Origin: a virus
Taxonomy: Duplodnaviria; Caudoviricetes
DNA length: 59,634 nucleotides
Virus record (IMG/VR): IMGVR_UViG_3300005326_000008
Location: 1 to 59,634 of that record
Direction: 5' to 3' (one strand)
Both the position numbers and the translations under genes were made by a program. The number at the start of each line of letters is the position of its first letter. Positions within the stretch are counted from its first letter, which is position 1. Of this stretch, positions 7,164 through 16,031 are shown one piece after another. The notes beneath the pieces are model-generated. The model was not told the origin of the DNA. It was given only the letters and a program-made list of their open reading frames with translations, and did no database searches.

Positions 7164-9509
7164 TTATTCTATAGTCTCCTCATCTTCTTTTAATGTCAAT
7201 ATTGTCTTATCAATAGTATATTTGATTTCTATGATTCTGAGTTTCTTCTCAAACAAACCAAAGTCCGGGAAAGTAAGAGTAATTATATCTCCAAGGGCAT
7301 AGACATTAGTAAATTGTAATTCTACCTCTGCTTCTATTCGTGGATTAGAATATAGTTTGATTATCTTGATAGCTTCATCATATCCTGTCCATTGAGCTTC
7401 CAAGTCTATTGCTGCTGAGTATTCGTCCTCATCAGCACCACAAGTTTTCTTGGAGCCTGTTTTAGTACCATCATCATTCCTAGCCTCGAACTGGAAAGTC
7501 CAAGTAGCAGAACCACTACCCCAAGTACCACCCGAAAGGGAAGGATAGTTAGAAGTCCTAACCCCCTCAGAGTCTACAGGGAACGCAGTAGTATTCTTTT
7601 GAAATTCGTTCTCAATCAAAGTTGGAGCCACATTCGAAGTCGAAGTTGTATACAACCATCTACCTCCAATAGAAGAGGCACTTGTAAAATCAGCAGCAAG
7701 ATATTCTAATCCTATCTCGTTACAGTTTGCTCCAACGTTATAAATAACAAAGTTAACTACATCATCTACTTTCTTTGCCGCAGAAGTCAAAAGGGGTATG
7801 ACTGAACCGTCAGAAGTTCCTTGAGTAATATTTGTAGCAGAGTATACTGTTGCACCATTTGCATGCGTAGCGGCAGTAGTACCATTCGCCCCACGCGTAC
7901 AACCAGTAAAAGTTGTGGCTGTCTTACCAGTGAACGAAATCTCTTCTGAGTCTATCTTGATTATCCCTCGTTTATTATTCCAACTTGCTGTAGAAGCCAC
8001 AGTTACAGTCGTGTCTGTAGAGTTTAACCCAATAGTAGTTGTAGTTGAGTAAGATATAACAATAGAATCTATAATCATATCCCCTGAAGACATAGTTGAT
8101 GCAGCAGATTCTATATCAAAATAAATTCTGAGATAATCTAACGCAGCAATGTTCGGACTACCCACCGCGGTCAAATCACTTATCACAAATGAAAATAAAT
8201 TCCATCCAACACTCAATAAATCTCTACCCATATCACTATTGTCACATCTATAATAATTACTAGAATCAGAACCCAGCCTTATAAAAGATGAACTGAATCC
8301 TGCGGAAGTTTCTATCTTGTTTAAAGTTGCAGTATCTTTTATGTATACATAAATATGAAAGGTCCCGCCTGTACCATTAATGGGTGAAGCAAGAGTTTTA
8401 TTATAAGTAAAAGAAGACACTCCCCCAGATAGAAAACCAATATTCAATGCTGTTGCATCAGTAGTTCCGCCATATTCTTGGTAAGTAGTAGTATTTGTAG
8501 TTTCTGCTATTGCAGCTGCGTCACCAGTCCAATCAGCAGTACTACAAGCATCATACGTCGTGTATGTTGTTGTTGTTTCGGTAGACGAACCTGACAAAGT
8601 GGTGCTTGGTGCTGATGCTATCTTAGGTCTACAATAGAACTCGTAATTATCAGTATCAGGGTTATATTCTACCCAAAAAATGTATTGGCCATCTTCAGTA
8701 TATTCATCGGAACAAACTTCTTCAATCTGTTCTAAAGTGTTCTTGTACCCAGCAAAATATTCTTTGTTTGGAAACGCCGAACCATCACGTTTAGTAATTG
8801 GATTACCTAAAGTATCCCATTCATTCTCTTCGGCTCCATACAAGCTTCTGTTAATATTATAATCATTTAATTGTGCTAACAAAGTTTGGATAATAGAATA
8901 GAACGGCTGAGCAACAGTGGTCTTATCAAATGTAAGCCCGCACATAATTATTTCAATCAACCCTTTCCCTCTAACATTTAAGAAAGCACCGGAGTCACTA
9001 GAATCTGAACTTGGTTCTGTAACTACACCAGAAATTAATAAATCTGCATTGGTTGCACTAGTCGCATCTTTCCAAACATAAACATCACAAATATCATCGG
9101 CAGTTATAATCGCGTGCCTAACTTCGATATTTCTATTTCCAGTGGCTGGAGCACTCACAAAAGTTAATGTGCTACCGCTTACAGAATAATCCGTAGTATA
9201 TGTTTGCTCTACATCATCAACAAATACTTGAAACAATGTTGAATCACCAGTAAAATCACTAACCACATCCGAGGGTAAAGAAAATGCTAAAGTGAATGCT
9301 AATGTACTATTATCTCCGCTAAAAGTCTGAGCATTATAGATATTATGCGGATTCTGAATTGTAAACTCGAACTGGTCTACGCTCTTACCTATCCCTTTAG
9401 TAACTTGGATAGAGTTGCCTCTTAGATATTTAAGCTCGATACCAGTTGTTGACCAAGTACTATCTTTTAGCTTTTTGTACAATAATACTTTACATTTATT
9501 GTAGTGCAT
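7164..9509 (-). CDS. Tail hub / central tail protein
   Basis: Follows TMP and Dit. Hub-like C-terminus (YALGDIITLTFPDFGL..KLRIIEIKY) and internal inserted domains (FTGCTRGANGTTAATH). Confidence 0.65.
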   Translation of the reverse strand: MHYNKCKVLLYKKLKDSTWSTTGIELKYLRGNSIQVTKGIGKSVDQFEFTIQNPHNIYNAQTFSGDNSTLAFTLAFSLPSDVVSDFTGDSTLFQVFVDDVEQTYTTDYSVSGSTLTFVSAPATGNRNIEVRHAIITADDICDVYVWKDATSATNADLLISGVVTEPSSDSSDSGAFLNVRGKGLIEIIMCGLTFDKTTVAQPFYSIIQTLLAQLNDYNINRSLYGAEENEWDTLGNPITKRDGSAFPNKEYFAGYKNTLEQIEEVCSDEYTEDGQYIFWVEYNPDTDNYEFYCRPKIASAPSTTLSGSSTETTTTYTTYDACSTADWTGDAAAIAETTNTTTYQEYGGTTDATALNIGFLSGGVSSFTYNKTLASPINGTGGTFHIYVYIKDTATLNKIETSAGFSSSFIRLGSDSSNYYRCDNSDMGRDLLSVGWNLFSFVISDLTAVGSPNIAALDYLRIYFDIESAASTMSSGDMIIDSIVISYSTTTTIGLNSTDTTVTVASTASWNNKRGIIKIDSEEISFTGKTATTFTGCTRGANGTTAATHANGATVYSATNITQGTSDGSVIPLLTSAAKKVDDVVNFVIYNVGANCNEIGLEYLAADFTSASSIGGRWLYTTSTSNVAPTLIENEFQKNTTAFPVDSEGVRTSNYPSLSGGTWGSGSATWTFQFEARNDDGTKTGSKKTCGADEDEYSAAIDLEAQWTGYDEAIKIIKLYSNPRIEAEVELQFTNVYALGDIITLTFPDFGLFEKKLRIIEIKYTIDKTILTLKEDEETIE

Positions 9510-9510
9510 G

Positions 9511-9969
9511 TTACCTCGTTTCGATAAAGTTGATTGAATATCTCCAGATATGGTTCCTATCAGAACTACTATCCAAAGAAATGTTGAACGAATCTATGAA
9601 TACAGATATTGTACTACCTAATGTCTGTGTACCTGAAGTTGAGTAACCACCTGAAGGTCTACCACCCAAAGCATAGGAGTTAGTACCACAAGTCAACGCA
9701 AATGTAATCGGTGTTGTAGTTTGCAAAGTTGCGAAATTAATCAATAATTGTTGAGTTAACTCGTTTGTACCTACATTGTTTACATCAATAACCCCTGTTA
9801 CATTTATTGTTGGGTTCTCGAATCCTTTGGACTGACAAGGTACAATATCATAAGAACTCTCTGCAGGACTTACATCTGATAAACTTTTCCATCCGTAAGA
9901 TATGTCTACTCCATATAAGTTTACCGCAGTTCCTGAGTTTACAAGTGTGTGTGTTATTGTTGCTCCCAT
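9511..9969 (-). CDS. Distal tail (Dit-like) protein
   Basis: Directly after TMP; ends WRYSINFIET. Confidence 0.55.
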   Translation of the reverse strand: MGATITHTLVNSGTAVNLYGVDISYGWKSLSDVSPAESSYDIVPCQSKGFENPTINVTGVIDVNNVGTNELTQQLLINFATLQTTTPITFALTCGTNSYALGGRPSGGYSTSGTQTLGSTISVFIDSFNISLDSSSDRNHIWRYSINFIETR

Positions 9970-9971
9970 TT

Positions 9972-11645
9972 TTATCTCCCCAAGTTAGCATTACTAGTGT
10001 ACCTTTTAATCTCATGCAATAATTTCCTGTACACGGTCTCGTCTACGCTACCATTGATTGTAATATTAATTCCGCCATTACTAGAATTGCCGCCTTGATA
10101 TGGAGTCTGAACTTTCTCTCCTCTGTGCATTAAATACATACCAGTCTCTGGAATATCTCCACCGAATTGTTTTCCGTTAGAACTCGTTCCTGAAGAAGAT
10201 TTAGACACTGACCCAGATAGTCCGCTATAACTTCCCGCGCCACTAACTTTACTCATTGCTTCATATAGCCTATTATATGCTGCAGTCATTCCATCTACAG
10301 CAGTAGTAGTATCATAAGCTTTCGTTATATTCGCATCCATAGTTGGAATAAGTGTGTCAGTCATAGTTGTAGAAGTCTGAACAATTCCGGCATTTAATCC
10401 ATTTTCTCCAGAAATACTGTTAATCACACTCTGAACTGAAAAATCAAATCCATCTAAATATTCCGTTTGAACACCAGTTACTAACGCATTTTCCGCAGCA
10501 ATTGTAGAACCATCGGCCATACAAGCATTTAATTCTTCTTGGGAAATAGTTGCATTTTGTGATGTTGTACTCATTAATCCCATTGCAGAATCTACTGATG
10601 AAAATACTAATGCTTGACTTTCAAGGTTAGATTGGTTTGCAGAGTCAATTATACTTTGAACTCCGCCAGCAGCTTTTCCAAAACTTCCACCACCGGGAAT
10701 CTTAGAAGCCATATTTAGTAAAGATACAATAGCTCCACCAATCAAATTTACAGCTAATAAGTTAATATTGTTGAAGGTGGACCAAGCCAATTTAACGAAA
10801 CCTCCTAATATAAGTGGTAAATCTAAAGTAAATATCCCTGTTAGAAAATCCTTAAATGCTAACCATTGTTGTTCTAATTGTGGGATGATTGCATTTGTTG
10901 AATCTTTAAGCCCTAAAATATTATTATCATACATCCATTTTAATAAGGCTATTGCAACGATTACAACTGCTATCCAAAATAGTACTGTTCCTAACCCTGC
11001 AACAAATGCGCCTAAACCTGCAGCACCACCAGCCCCAGCAGCAGCAATTCCAAGATAATCAAATGCCCAAACTAACCCTGATAATCCTAATACAAAAGAA
11101 CCCAATAGGAATAACAGAGCACCAATCAAAGCTCCGAATCCAATTAAAGCAGTAAATAATTTTGGATGTTTCTGAATCCAAAGAGACACGGCATTTATTA
11201 TTGAAATAATTATAGGCAATAATGGAAGTAAAGCAGTATTAATAGCCCTACCAATTTCGAATCTTAAATAGGTCATATATGCAGTCAACTGGTTTAATGC
11301 TGTTCCAGCATAACCGCTAGACTCAATAATTTTATTAAACGCGTCTACAGAAGTGGTAGCAAGTCTTGTAAATATTCTTTGTATTTGCATTCCGAAGAAC
11401 ATAGCAGATAACGCACCCATCTCGAATTCTTGAGCAAACTTCCCAAACTTCTTTGTAGTAGAAGTTATTCTTTCATTAACAGTCTTTAGAGAACCATCAA
11501 CTTGTGCAACATTCTTTGTCATAGTTGCTGTAGTCTTTTGCATACCCTTCCCAACATCTTCTATAACTTTTTTAGTACGCAATAATCCTGCCGAAGATTT
11601 ATCTCGATAAACTGTTTCTATTTCAATTCGGTTTCTTGATGCCAT
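9972..11645 (-). CDS. Tail tape measure protein
   Basis: Helical Ala/Gly-rich with hydrophobic stretches; C-terminal QFGG.IPETG.YLMHRGEKV motif. Confidence 0.85.
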   Translation of the reverse strand: MASRNRIEIETVYRDKSSAGLLRTKKVIEDVGKGMQKTTATMTKNVAQVDGSLKTVNERITSTTKKFGKFAQEFEMGALSAMFFGMQIQRIFTRLATTSVDAFNKIIESSGYAGTALNQLTAYMTYLRFEIGRAINTALLPLLPIIISIINAVSLWIQKHPKLFTALIGFGALIGALLFLLGSFVLGLSGLVWAFDYLGIAAAGAGGAAGLGAFVAGLGTVLFWIAVVIVAIALLKWMYDNNILGLKDSTNAIIPQLEQQWLAFKDFLTGIFTLDLPLILGGFVKLAWSTFNNINLLAVNLIGGAIVSLLNMASKIPGGGSFGKAAGGVQSIIDSANQSNLESQALVFSSVDSAMGLMSTTSQNATISQEELNACMADGSTIAAENALVTGVQTEYLDGFDFSVQSVINSISGENGLNAGIVQTSTTMTDTLIPTMDANITKAYDTTTAVDGMTAAYNRLYEAMSKVSGAGSYSGLSGSVSKSSSGTSSNGKQFGGDIPETGMYLMHRGEKVQTPYQGGNSSNGGINITINGSVDETVYRKLLHEIKRYTSNANLGR

Positions 11646-11854
11646 TATCTTCTCCTAGACTTACGCTTAATTTCTTCGCTGTCTTTGTGACAAAATTCTA
11701 ATAAATCTCTAACCAGCTCGGGAGATAGTTTCTTGAACTCTTCTAATGGAATCCAAGACTCATAAGCTCGCATAAGAGTATGATAAGCCCTAGCAAAATC
11801 TTTTTCATCGCTAGGATTATACTCCTTATCGAACAAGTTTATGAGTTTGGTCAT
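11645..11854 (-). CDS. Tail assembly chaperone 2
   Basis: Immediately before TMP; WIPLEEFKKL motif. Confidence 0.6.
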   Translation of the reverse strand: MTKLINLFDKEYNPSDEKDFARAYHTLMRAYESWIPLEEFKKLSPELVRDLLEFCHKDSEEIKRKSRRR

Positions 11855-12204
11855 TTAATTATTCCTTTCTCCTTAAGTTTTTCAACATCTGGTCTCGGTG
11901 ACAATTCTTCTAATACTCTAGCCATTCCGGAAATGTTTGAAGTTACAAAGTTGTCAATAGTCTGGTCATCTAAATCAGGATATGATTCTTTGATGATACT
12001 CCTAAATAATTCGAACATTGCACCCACAACTTCTGGTGATTCTTGTCCACATTCTTTAGTAATCTTTCCTATCTTTGTAGCCATTTGGATTTGTTCCATA
12101 TTCAATGGTTTGAATAGAAATGTGTCTTCTGTACCAGTCTCCGAATCTATAAATGCGAATTCTACTGGTTTCCTAATATGTCTTTCAAATAATGATTTGC
12201 TCAT
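11851..12204 (-). CDS. Tail assembly chaperone 1
   Basis: Position between tail tube and TMP; size; FKPL motif. Confidence 0.6.
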   Translation of the reverse strand: MSKSLFERHIRKPVEFAFIDSETGTEDTFLFKPLNMEQIQMATKIGKITKECGQESPEVVGAMFELFRSIIKESYPDLDDQTIDNFVTSNISGMARVLEELSPRPDVEKLKEKGIIK

Positions 12205-12210
12205 CTTTTC

Positions 12211-12513
12211 TTACCTCTTCTCTAGTTTCTTCCCGTTAAGGAGTGTGATAGATTTCTGTTCTGACTGGGCAGGTTTACCTTCCAATCTTGTTAGTCTTTC
12301 TTCAAAGTCCATAATACGTTCAGCGAGTAATTCGTCTACTGAAGATTTCTGGATTTCGTCTATAAGATATTTCAAACACATACCATAATCATCTTCAAAA
12401 TGTTCTTTGGCTAATTCTTTGAATATCTTTTTGGTACCTGAAGGGACTCTGGAAATCCAGAGCCCAGTACCTAAGACTTTCTCCTTTTCTTCAGTAGGGA
12501 TTACATCACTCAT
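12211..12513 (-). CDS. Hypothetical protein, possibly RHH DNA-binding
   Basis: LWISRVP..TKKIFKELA pattern plus coiled coil; GGTGA RBS. Confidence 0.5.
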   Translation of the reverse strand: MSDVIPTEEKEKVLGTGLWISRVPSGTKKIFKELAKEHFEDDYGMCLKYLIDEIQKSSVDELLAERIMDFEERLTRLEGKPAQSEQKSITLLNGKKLEKR

Positions 12514-12517
12514 TTAC

Positions 12518-13102
12518 TCACCATTTGGCCGAGCTTGTGTAAGCAGCCAATGCAGCCAATGTTCCAGTGTTATCAATGGATTCATATTTCATGTTTCCAT
12601 TGGCACTCTTATCAAAAGCTGTTACTTTATACTTGACAGTAAATTTCAAAATACTATCAGTAAAGCTTGGTTTAACACTAGTCAAATACCCATCTGCAGC
12701 TACGAACCTAAACGCGTTACCAGTGTTTACTGCGTCACTTGCAGCAGTAACTGCGGAACTGTCTGTCCATAGTATTGCCAACCTGTAATTGTTTCTAGTC
12801 CTATCGTTTGTAATACTAATTGGCTGTGAAGTGTCTTCAGTACAGAACATACCAAAGAATCCATAACCTATTGTACCACTTGAAGTACCAGCTTGTACAG
12901 GGTAACATTCTAATGTTATTTCAGTATCACCTTGAGGCACATATTTTGCAACACGTCCTCCGTTTACTAATGCGATACCTTCTATGTCTTTGTCTGCCAA
13001 GTCAATATCAATTGTCTCAGTTAATGCTTGAAACTGAATATTGCTTCCGCTTTGTGCAGCGAAATCGACTTTACAAACTTCTTTCCATGAATCAGGTGCC
13101 AT
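12518..13102 (-). CDS. Major tail tube protein
   Basis: 194 aa, beta-rich, in canonical position; no sheath gene nearby. Confidence 0.7.
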   Translation of the reverse strand: MAPDSWKEVCKVDFAAQSGSNIQFQALTETIDIDLADKDIEGIALVNGGRVAKYVPQGDTEITLECYPVQAGTSSGTIGYGFFGMFCTEDTSQPISITNDRTRNNYRLAILWTDSSAVTAASDAVNTGNAFRFVAADGYLTSVKPSFTDSILKFTVKYKVTAFDKSANGNMKYESIDNTGTLAALAAYTSSAKW

Positions 13103-13128
13103 TTTTGTTTTTTACCTTCCTTTTGTTT

Positions 13129-13653
13129 TTATTTTATTCTACCTTTTCCTGCTCTTCGAATATGCTTGGATACAATTGCACCGGCTTTACGGTTCATTGT
13201 ATTGTACGCTTTTCTTAGGTACATTGTCCTAGGAATATGAACTGTGATTGCTCCTAATTCTTTCATTTTATCTCGGCTAATACCCATTCTCTGGTAAGCC
13301 CAAGACCTAAACTTATCTCTCGGAGTATCAACCCAGCTAGGGTAACCTTGAGAAAAGAATGCGACTTTGTGAGGTCTGACACCATACTCCCAGAATACGG
13401 CTTCATCTTCAGCAATAACTTTACAAGTGTAACTCCCGCCAATCTTTCTCGGACTGTCCCTATAAATTAGTTTCCTAAGTTGTGGAGTTAGTTTAGTATA
13501 ATGCGACAGACTCATACGCGCGTGCTTGATAACACCATCAGCAATCTCAACAGTAGCTTCTTTACCGGCCTTAGGCATAGTCTTACTCAAATCATCAAAG
13601 TAACCATATACATCTTTAAGTCCTTTAATCCTAATAGATAATGTTGCTGCCAT
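13129..13653 (-). CDS. HK97 gp10-like tail completion protein
   Basis: IRIKGLKDV start, AVFWEYGVRPH, PRTMYLRKAY. Confidence 0.75.
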   Translation of the reverse strand: MAATLSIRIKGLKDVYGYFDDLSKTMPKAGKEATVEIADGVIKHARMSLSHYTKLTPQLRKLIYRDSPRKIGGSYTCKVIAEDEAVFWEYGVRPHKVAFFSQGYPSWVDTPRDKFRSWAYQRMGISRDKMKELGAITVHIPRTMYLRKAYNTMNRKAGAIVSKHIRRAGKGRIK

Positions 13654-14105
13654 TAGAAACCACCAGTCCTAGATAGTATAACTTCAAATTGGAATGTTGC
13701 TTTCTTGATATGTAATTTAATCTTTCCTCTTTCAAAAGTATCATCATCAGTGTCAGCCAAGTCTAAATTTCTAATCCCTGCTTCAGCTAGAGTGAATTTG
13801 TAACCTTCAACCGCGTCCAACATATCATCGAAATATTGGTCACAGGTTGCCCAACTAGTAGCATAAACTTCAACATCAATTGTGCCAGTATAAGTAGTCT
13901 TGGTCATTGTCAATTGTTCAGTACTAATCTTAACCGGAGAAATAACCATTAAAGGATAATCACTAGCAGTATCTATTTCAAAATCAGGCATAGAAGAGTA
14001 AATCCATTTACCAGAGGTGTGTGGATTAGCAACGCCAGCGTTAATCAAATTATAGAAGTTCTCCCAAATCTTTGCAGTAACTGTACTTTTGCTGATGGTC
14101 ACCAT
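13653..14105 (-). CDS. Tail terminator-like protein
   Basis: WIYSSMP..DYPLMVI and IDVEVYA patterns; position. Confidence 0.65.
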   Translation of the reverse strand: MVTISKSTVTAKIWENFYNLINAGVANPHTSGKWIYSSMPDFEIDTASDYPLMVISPVKISTEQLTMTKTTYTGTIDVEVYATSWATCDQYFDDMLDAVEGYKFTLAEAGIRNLDLADTDDDTFERGKIKLHIKKATFQFEVILSRTGGF

Positions 14106-14205
14106 CTTGTTTCCTCCGAATCATTCGGATTATTACTCATCGCACAACCCTCGTGGGATTATGCGGGCTCATTATTATTTAGCGGAATCATTCCACCAGC
14201 AAGAT
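14104..14205 (-). promoter_or_regulatory. Structured 5' leader of the tail operon
   Basis: Three hairpins plus a closing stem. G-U pairs favour the minus strand, and the last hairpin covers the GGAGG RBS. Confidence 0.6.
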
Positions 14206-14209
14206 AATA

Positions 14210-14240
14210 GTATCCTTTACACTTAAATACCTATCTAAGA
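14210..14240 (-). promoter_or_regulatory. Late promoter, copy 1
   Basis: TCTTAGATAGGTATTTAAGTGTAAAGGATAC, 29/31 identical to 21839-21869; contains TATA TATTTAAG. Confidence 0.8.
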
Positions 14241-14594
14241 CTTCCTAGCTCTGACTTCAACAACATAAATCGAGTTATTACACTCGTGCTGGATAATAGA
14301 GTCTACAGTATAAGTACTAGAATTCTTGATAATGAAATCATTCCTATCACAAATAGTACCAGTAGAATTATCAAAATATAGAACTAAATCTCCAGCTTGG
14401 AAATGGCCTTCTTTTACCAAATCATCATCATGTGTCAAATAATTCAAAACAGCACTCCCAGTAGTAACAGTTGTAGAAGTAGTAGCATCACCATAGATAT
14501 TATAACTGCCTTTGGAAACATTTAAAATCGAAACTGCACTAGCAAACTCGTTAACTATATTCTTGTATAATATTCCATCACAGACAATTGGCAT
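14235..14594 (-). CDS. Head closure (SPP1 gp16-like) protein
   Basis: YNIYGD motif, EGHFQAGDLVLYF; position. Confidence 0.65.
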   Translation of the reverse strand: MPIVCDGILYKNIVNEFASAVSILNVSKGSYNIYGDATTSTTVTTGSAVLNYLTHDDDLVKEGHFQAGDLVLYFDNSTGTICDRNDFIIKNSSTYTVDSIIQHECNNSIYVVEVRARKS

Positions 14595-15251
14595 TTAAAT
14601 CGCCTCATACTTTTTGTGGAGTTTGTTGTTTTCAACATTGATTTCATTGATTACTTCTAGGTATTTGTTCCAATAATAGTCTGGAGCTTTCATATCCCTA
14701 GTAATATCGGTACTACCCAACTTGACTCTTGGAGCTTTACCTATGTTTAATCTTGCCTGTGCCATTGATGCAGTTAAGAAAATTACAGCTGAATAATATC
14801 TTCTATCAGGAGTATCCATATCTATTCCTGTGTAATAATAATCTATATACGCTTCAGAATCAGACGCTGGTGCGGTAGAAGTTACAATTTTTCCTTGAGT
14901 ACTATTTACTGAAGAAATCGGAATCGTAGATTCGTTACCTTGGTTATCAACCTCATAAAATGTTATATCATACGTACCAACTAACCCTGAAGGACTACTT
15001 GGTATATCACCAATCCAATTCCCTTCCCAGTTCTTAACATAGAATGTAGTATTACTTCCATCAACATCATTCTCTCTTGTTGAATCTATATACTCTACTT
15101 TTTCTCTGACCACCCTAACATTTATTTGGCTATTAACAAAAGACAAAGCATAAGTCCCAAGAGCGTAAACGTTTGCGTCTGAAATATCTGTAGTTTCCAA
15201 GCCTGTTATGACTCTAAATCCAGATAAAAAGTTAGTATCTACCCATGACAT
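14595..15251 (-). CDS. Head-tail adaptor protein
   Basis: SAVIFLTA..VKLGSTDIT gp15-like pattern; position. Confidence 0.6.
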   Translation of the reverse strand: MSWVDTNFLSGFRVITGLETTDISDANVYALGTYALSFVNSQINVRVVREKVEYIDSTRENDVDGSNTTFYVKNWEGNWIGDIPSSPSGLVGTYDITFYEVDNQGNESTIPISSVNSTQGKIVTSTAPASDSEAYIDYYYTGIDMDTPDRRYYSAVIFLTASMAQARLNIGKAPRVKLGSTDITRDMKAPDYYWNKYLEVINEINVENNKLHKKYEAI

Positions 15252-15470
15252 CTAAATCAATCCTCCTATGTTTAATCCCATCAATGCTCCAAGTAATACT
15301 AAAGCTCCACCAACCATCCAACGCCATTTCTTCAAATCATCAACTTCGGCAAGTAACCCTTTATGGCCGTTACCTTCTATTTCTTTGCGGATATATTTCA
15401 AATCTGTCTTCATCTCGATTATATCTTCACGAAGACCTTGAATATCATCCTTACATTTCTTTTCGTTCAT
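15252..15470 (-). CDS. Small coiled-coil membrane protein (XhlA/holin-like architecture)
   Basis: Coiled coil, then KKWRW and a C-terminal transmembrane helix. Confidence 0.55.
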   Translation of the reverse strand: MNEKKCKDDIQGLREDIIEMKTDLKYIRKEIEGNGHKGLLAEVDDLKKWRWMVGGALVLLGALMGLNIGGLI

Positions 15471-16021
15471 TTTGAAGTAGGAGCCTCGCTACCGTATGTG
15501 TCTAACTCATAATGGATATCAAACTCTAACATCCCTGCATCATCAGCATAATTGTCAGTAGATAAGTCTGCTCTTCTAGATAGTCTACCCATCATAATTG
15601 AAGACAATCCAGTTATAGCAGTACCTGAAACCGCTGGAAATGAAGTATAAAAACTTTTATATTGAGAGTTAGTTGTAAAACTTACTGAACCAGAGATAGT
15701 CAATGTTGGCGTACCAGCAGTTCCATTCGTGTCAAACCAAGAGTATTCTAATTGCCAAACTACTGTACCTACATTAGTAGTAGTCGGACACCAGTGGACA
15801 TGAGGAATAACATTGGAACCTATGACATACCCATGGGGAAACTGGGCTACAAATGTAACATCTTCTTCAGTAGAACCATCGAATAATAAACATTTCATAT
15901 TCCCAACTAATGCTCCATAATCTGGATGACTAGTAACAGGGTTAATTCGAACCGCTTCAGCTGGGAATCTCAAATCATCCCATCTAGATAAGTCTCCAGA
16001 AACCCTTGTTATGAAAGACAT
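15467..16021 (-). CDS. Virion structural protein
   Basis: WDDLRFP and QFPHGY..G..PHVHW beta-sandwich pattern; within the structural operon. Confidence 0.55.
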   Translation of the reverse strand: MSFITRVSGDLSRWDDLRFPAEAVRINPVTSHPDYGALVGNMKCLLFDGSTEEDVTFVAQFPHGYVIGSNVIPHVHWCPTTTNVGTVVWQLEYSWFDTNGTAGTPTLTISGSVSFTTNSQYKSFYTSFPAVSGTAITGLSSIMMGRLSRRADLSTDNYADDAGMLEFDIHYELDTYGSEAPTSK

Positions 16022-16031
16022 CTCCTACCTC

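Noticed and set aside
11645-12204. Programmed -1 frameshift joining the tail chaperones
   Set aside because: The second frame has TAA immediately before its ATG, so no fusion is possible; it has its own RBS and ATGA coupling.
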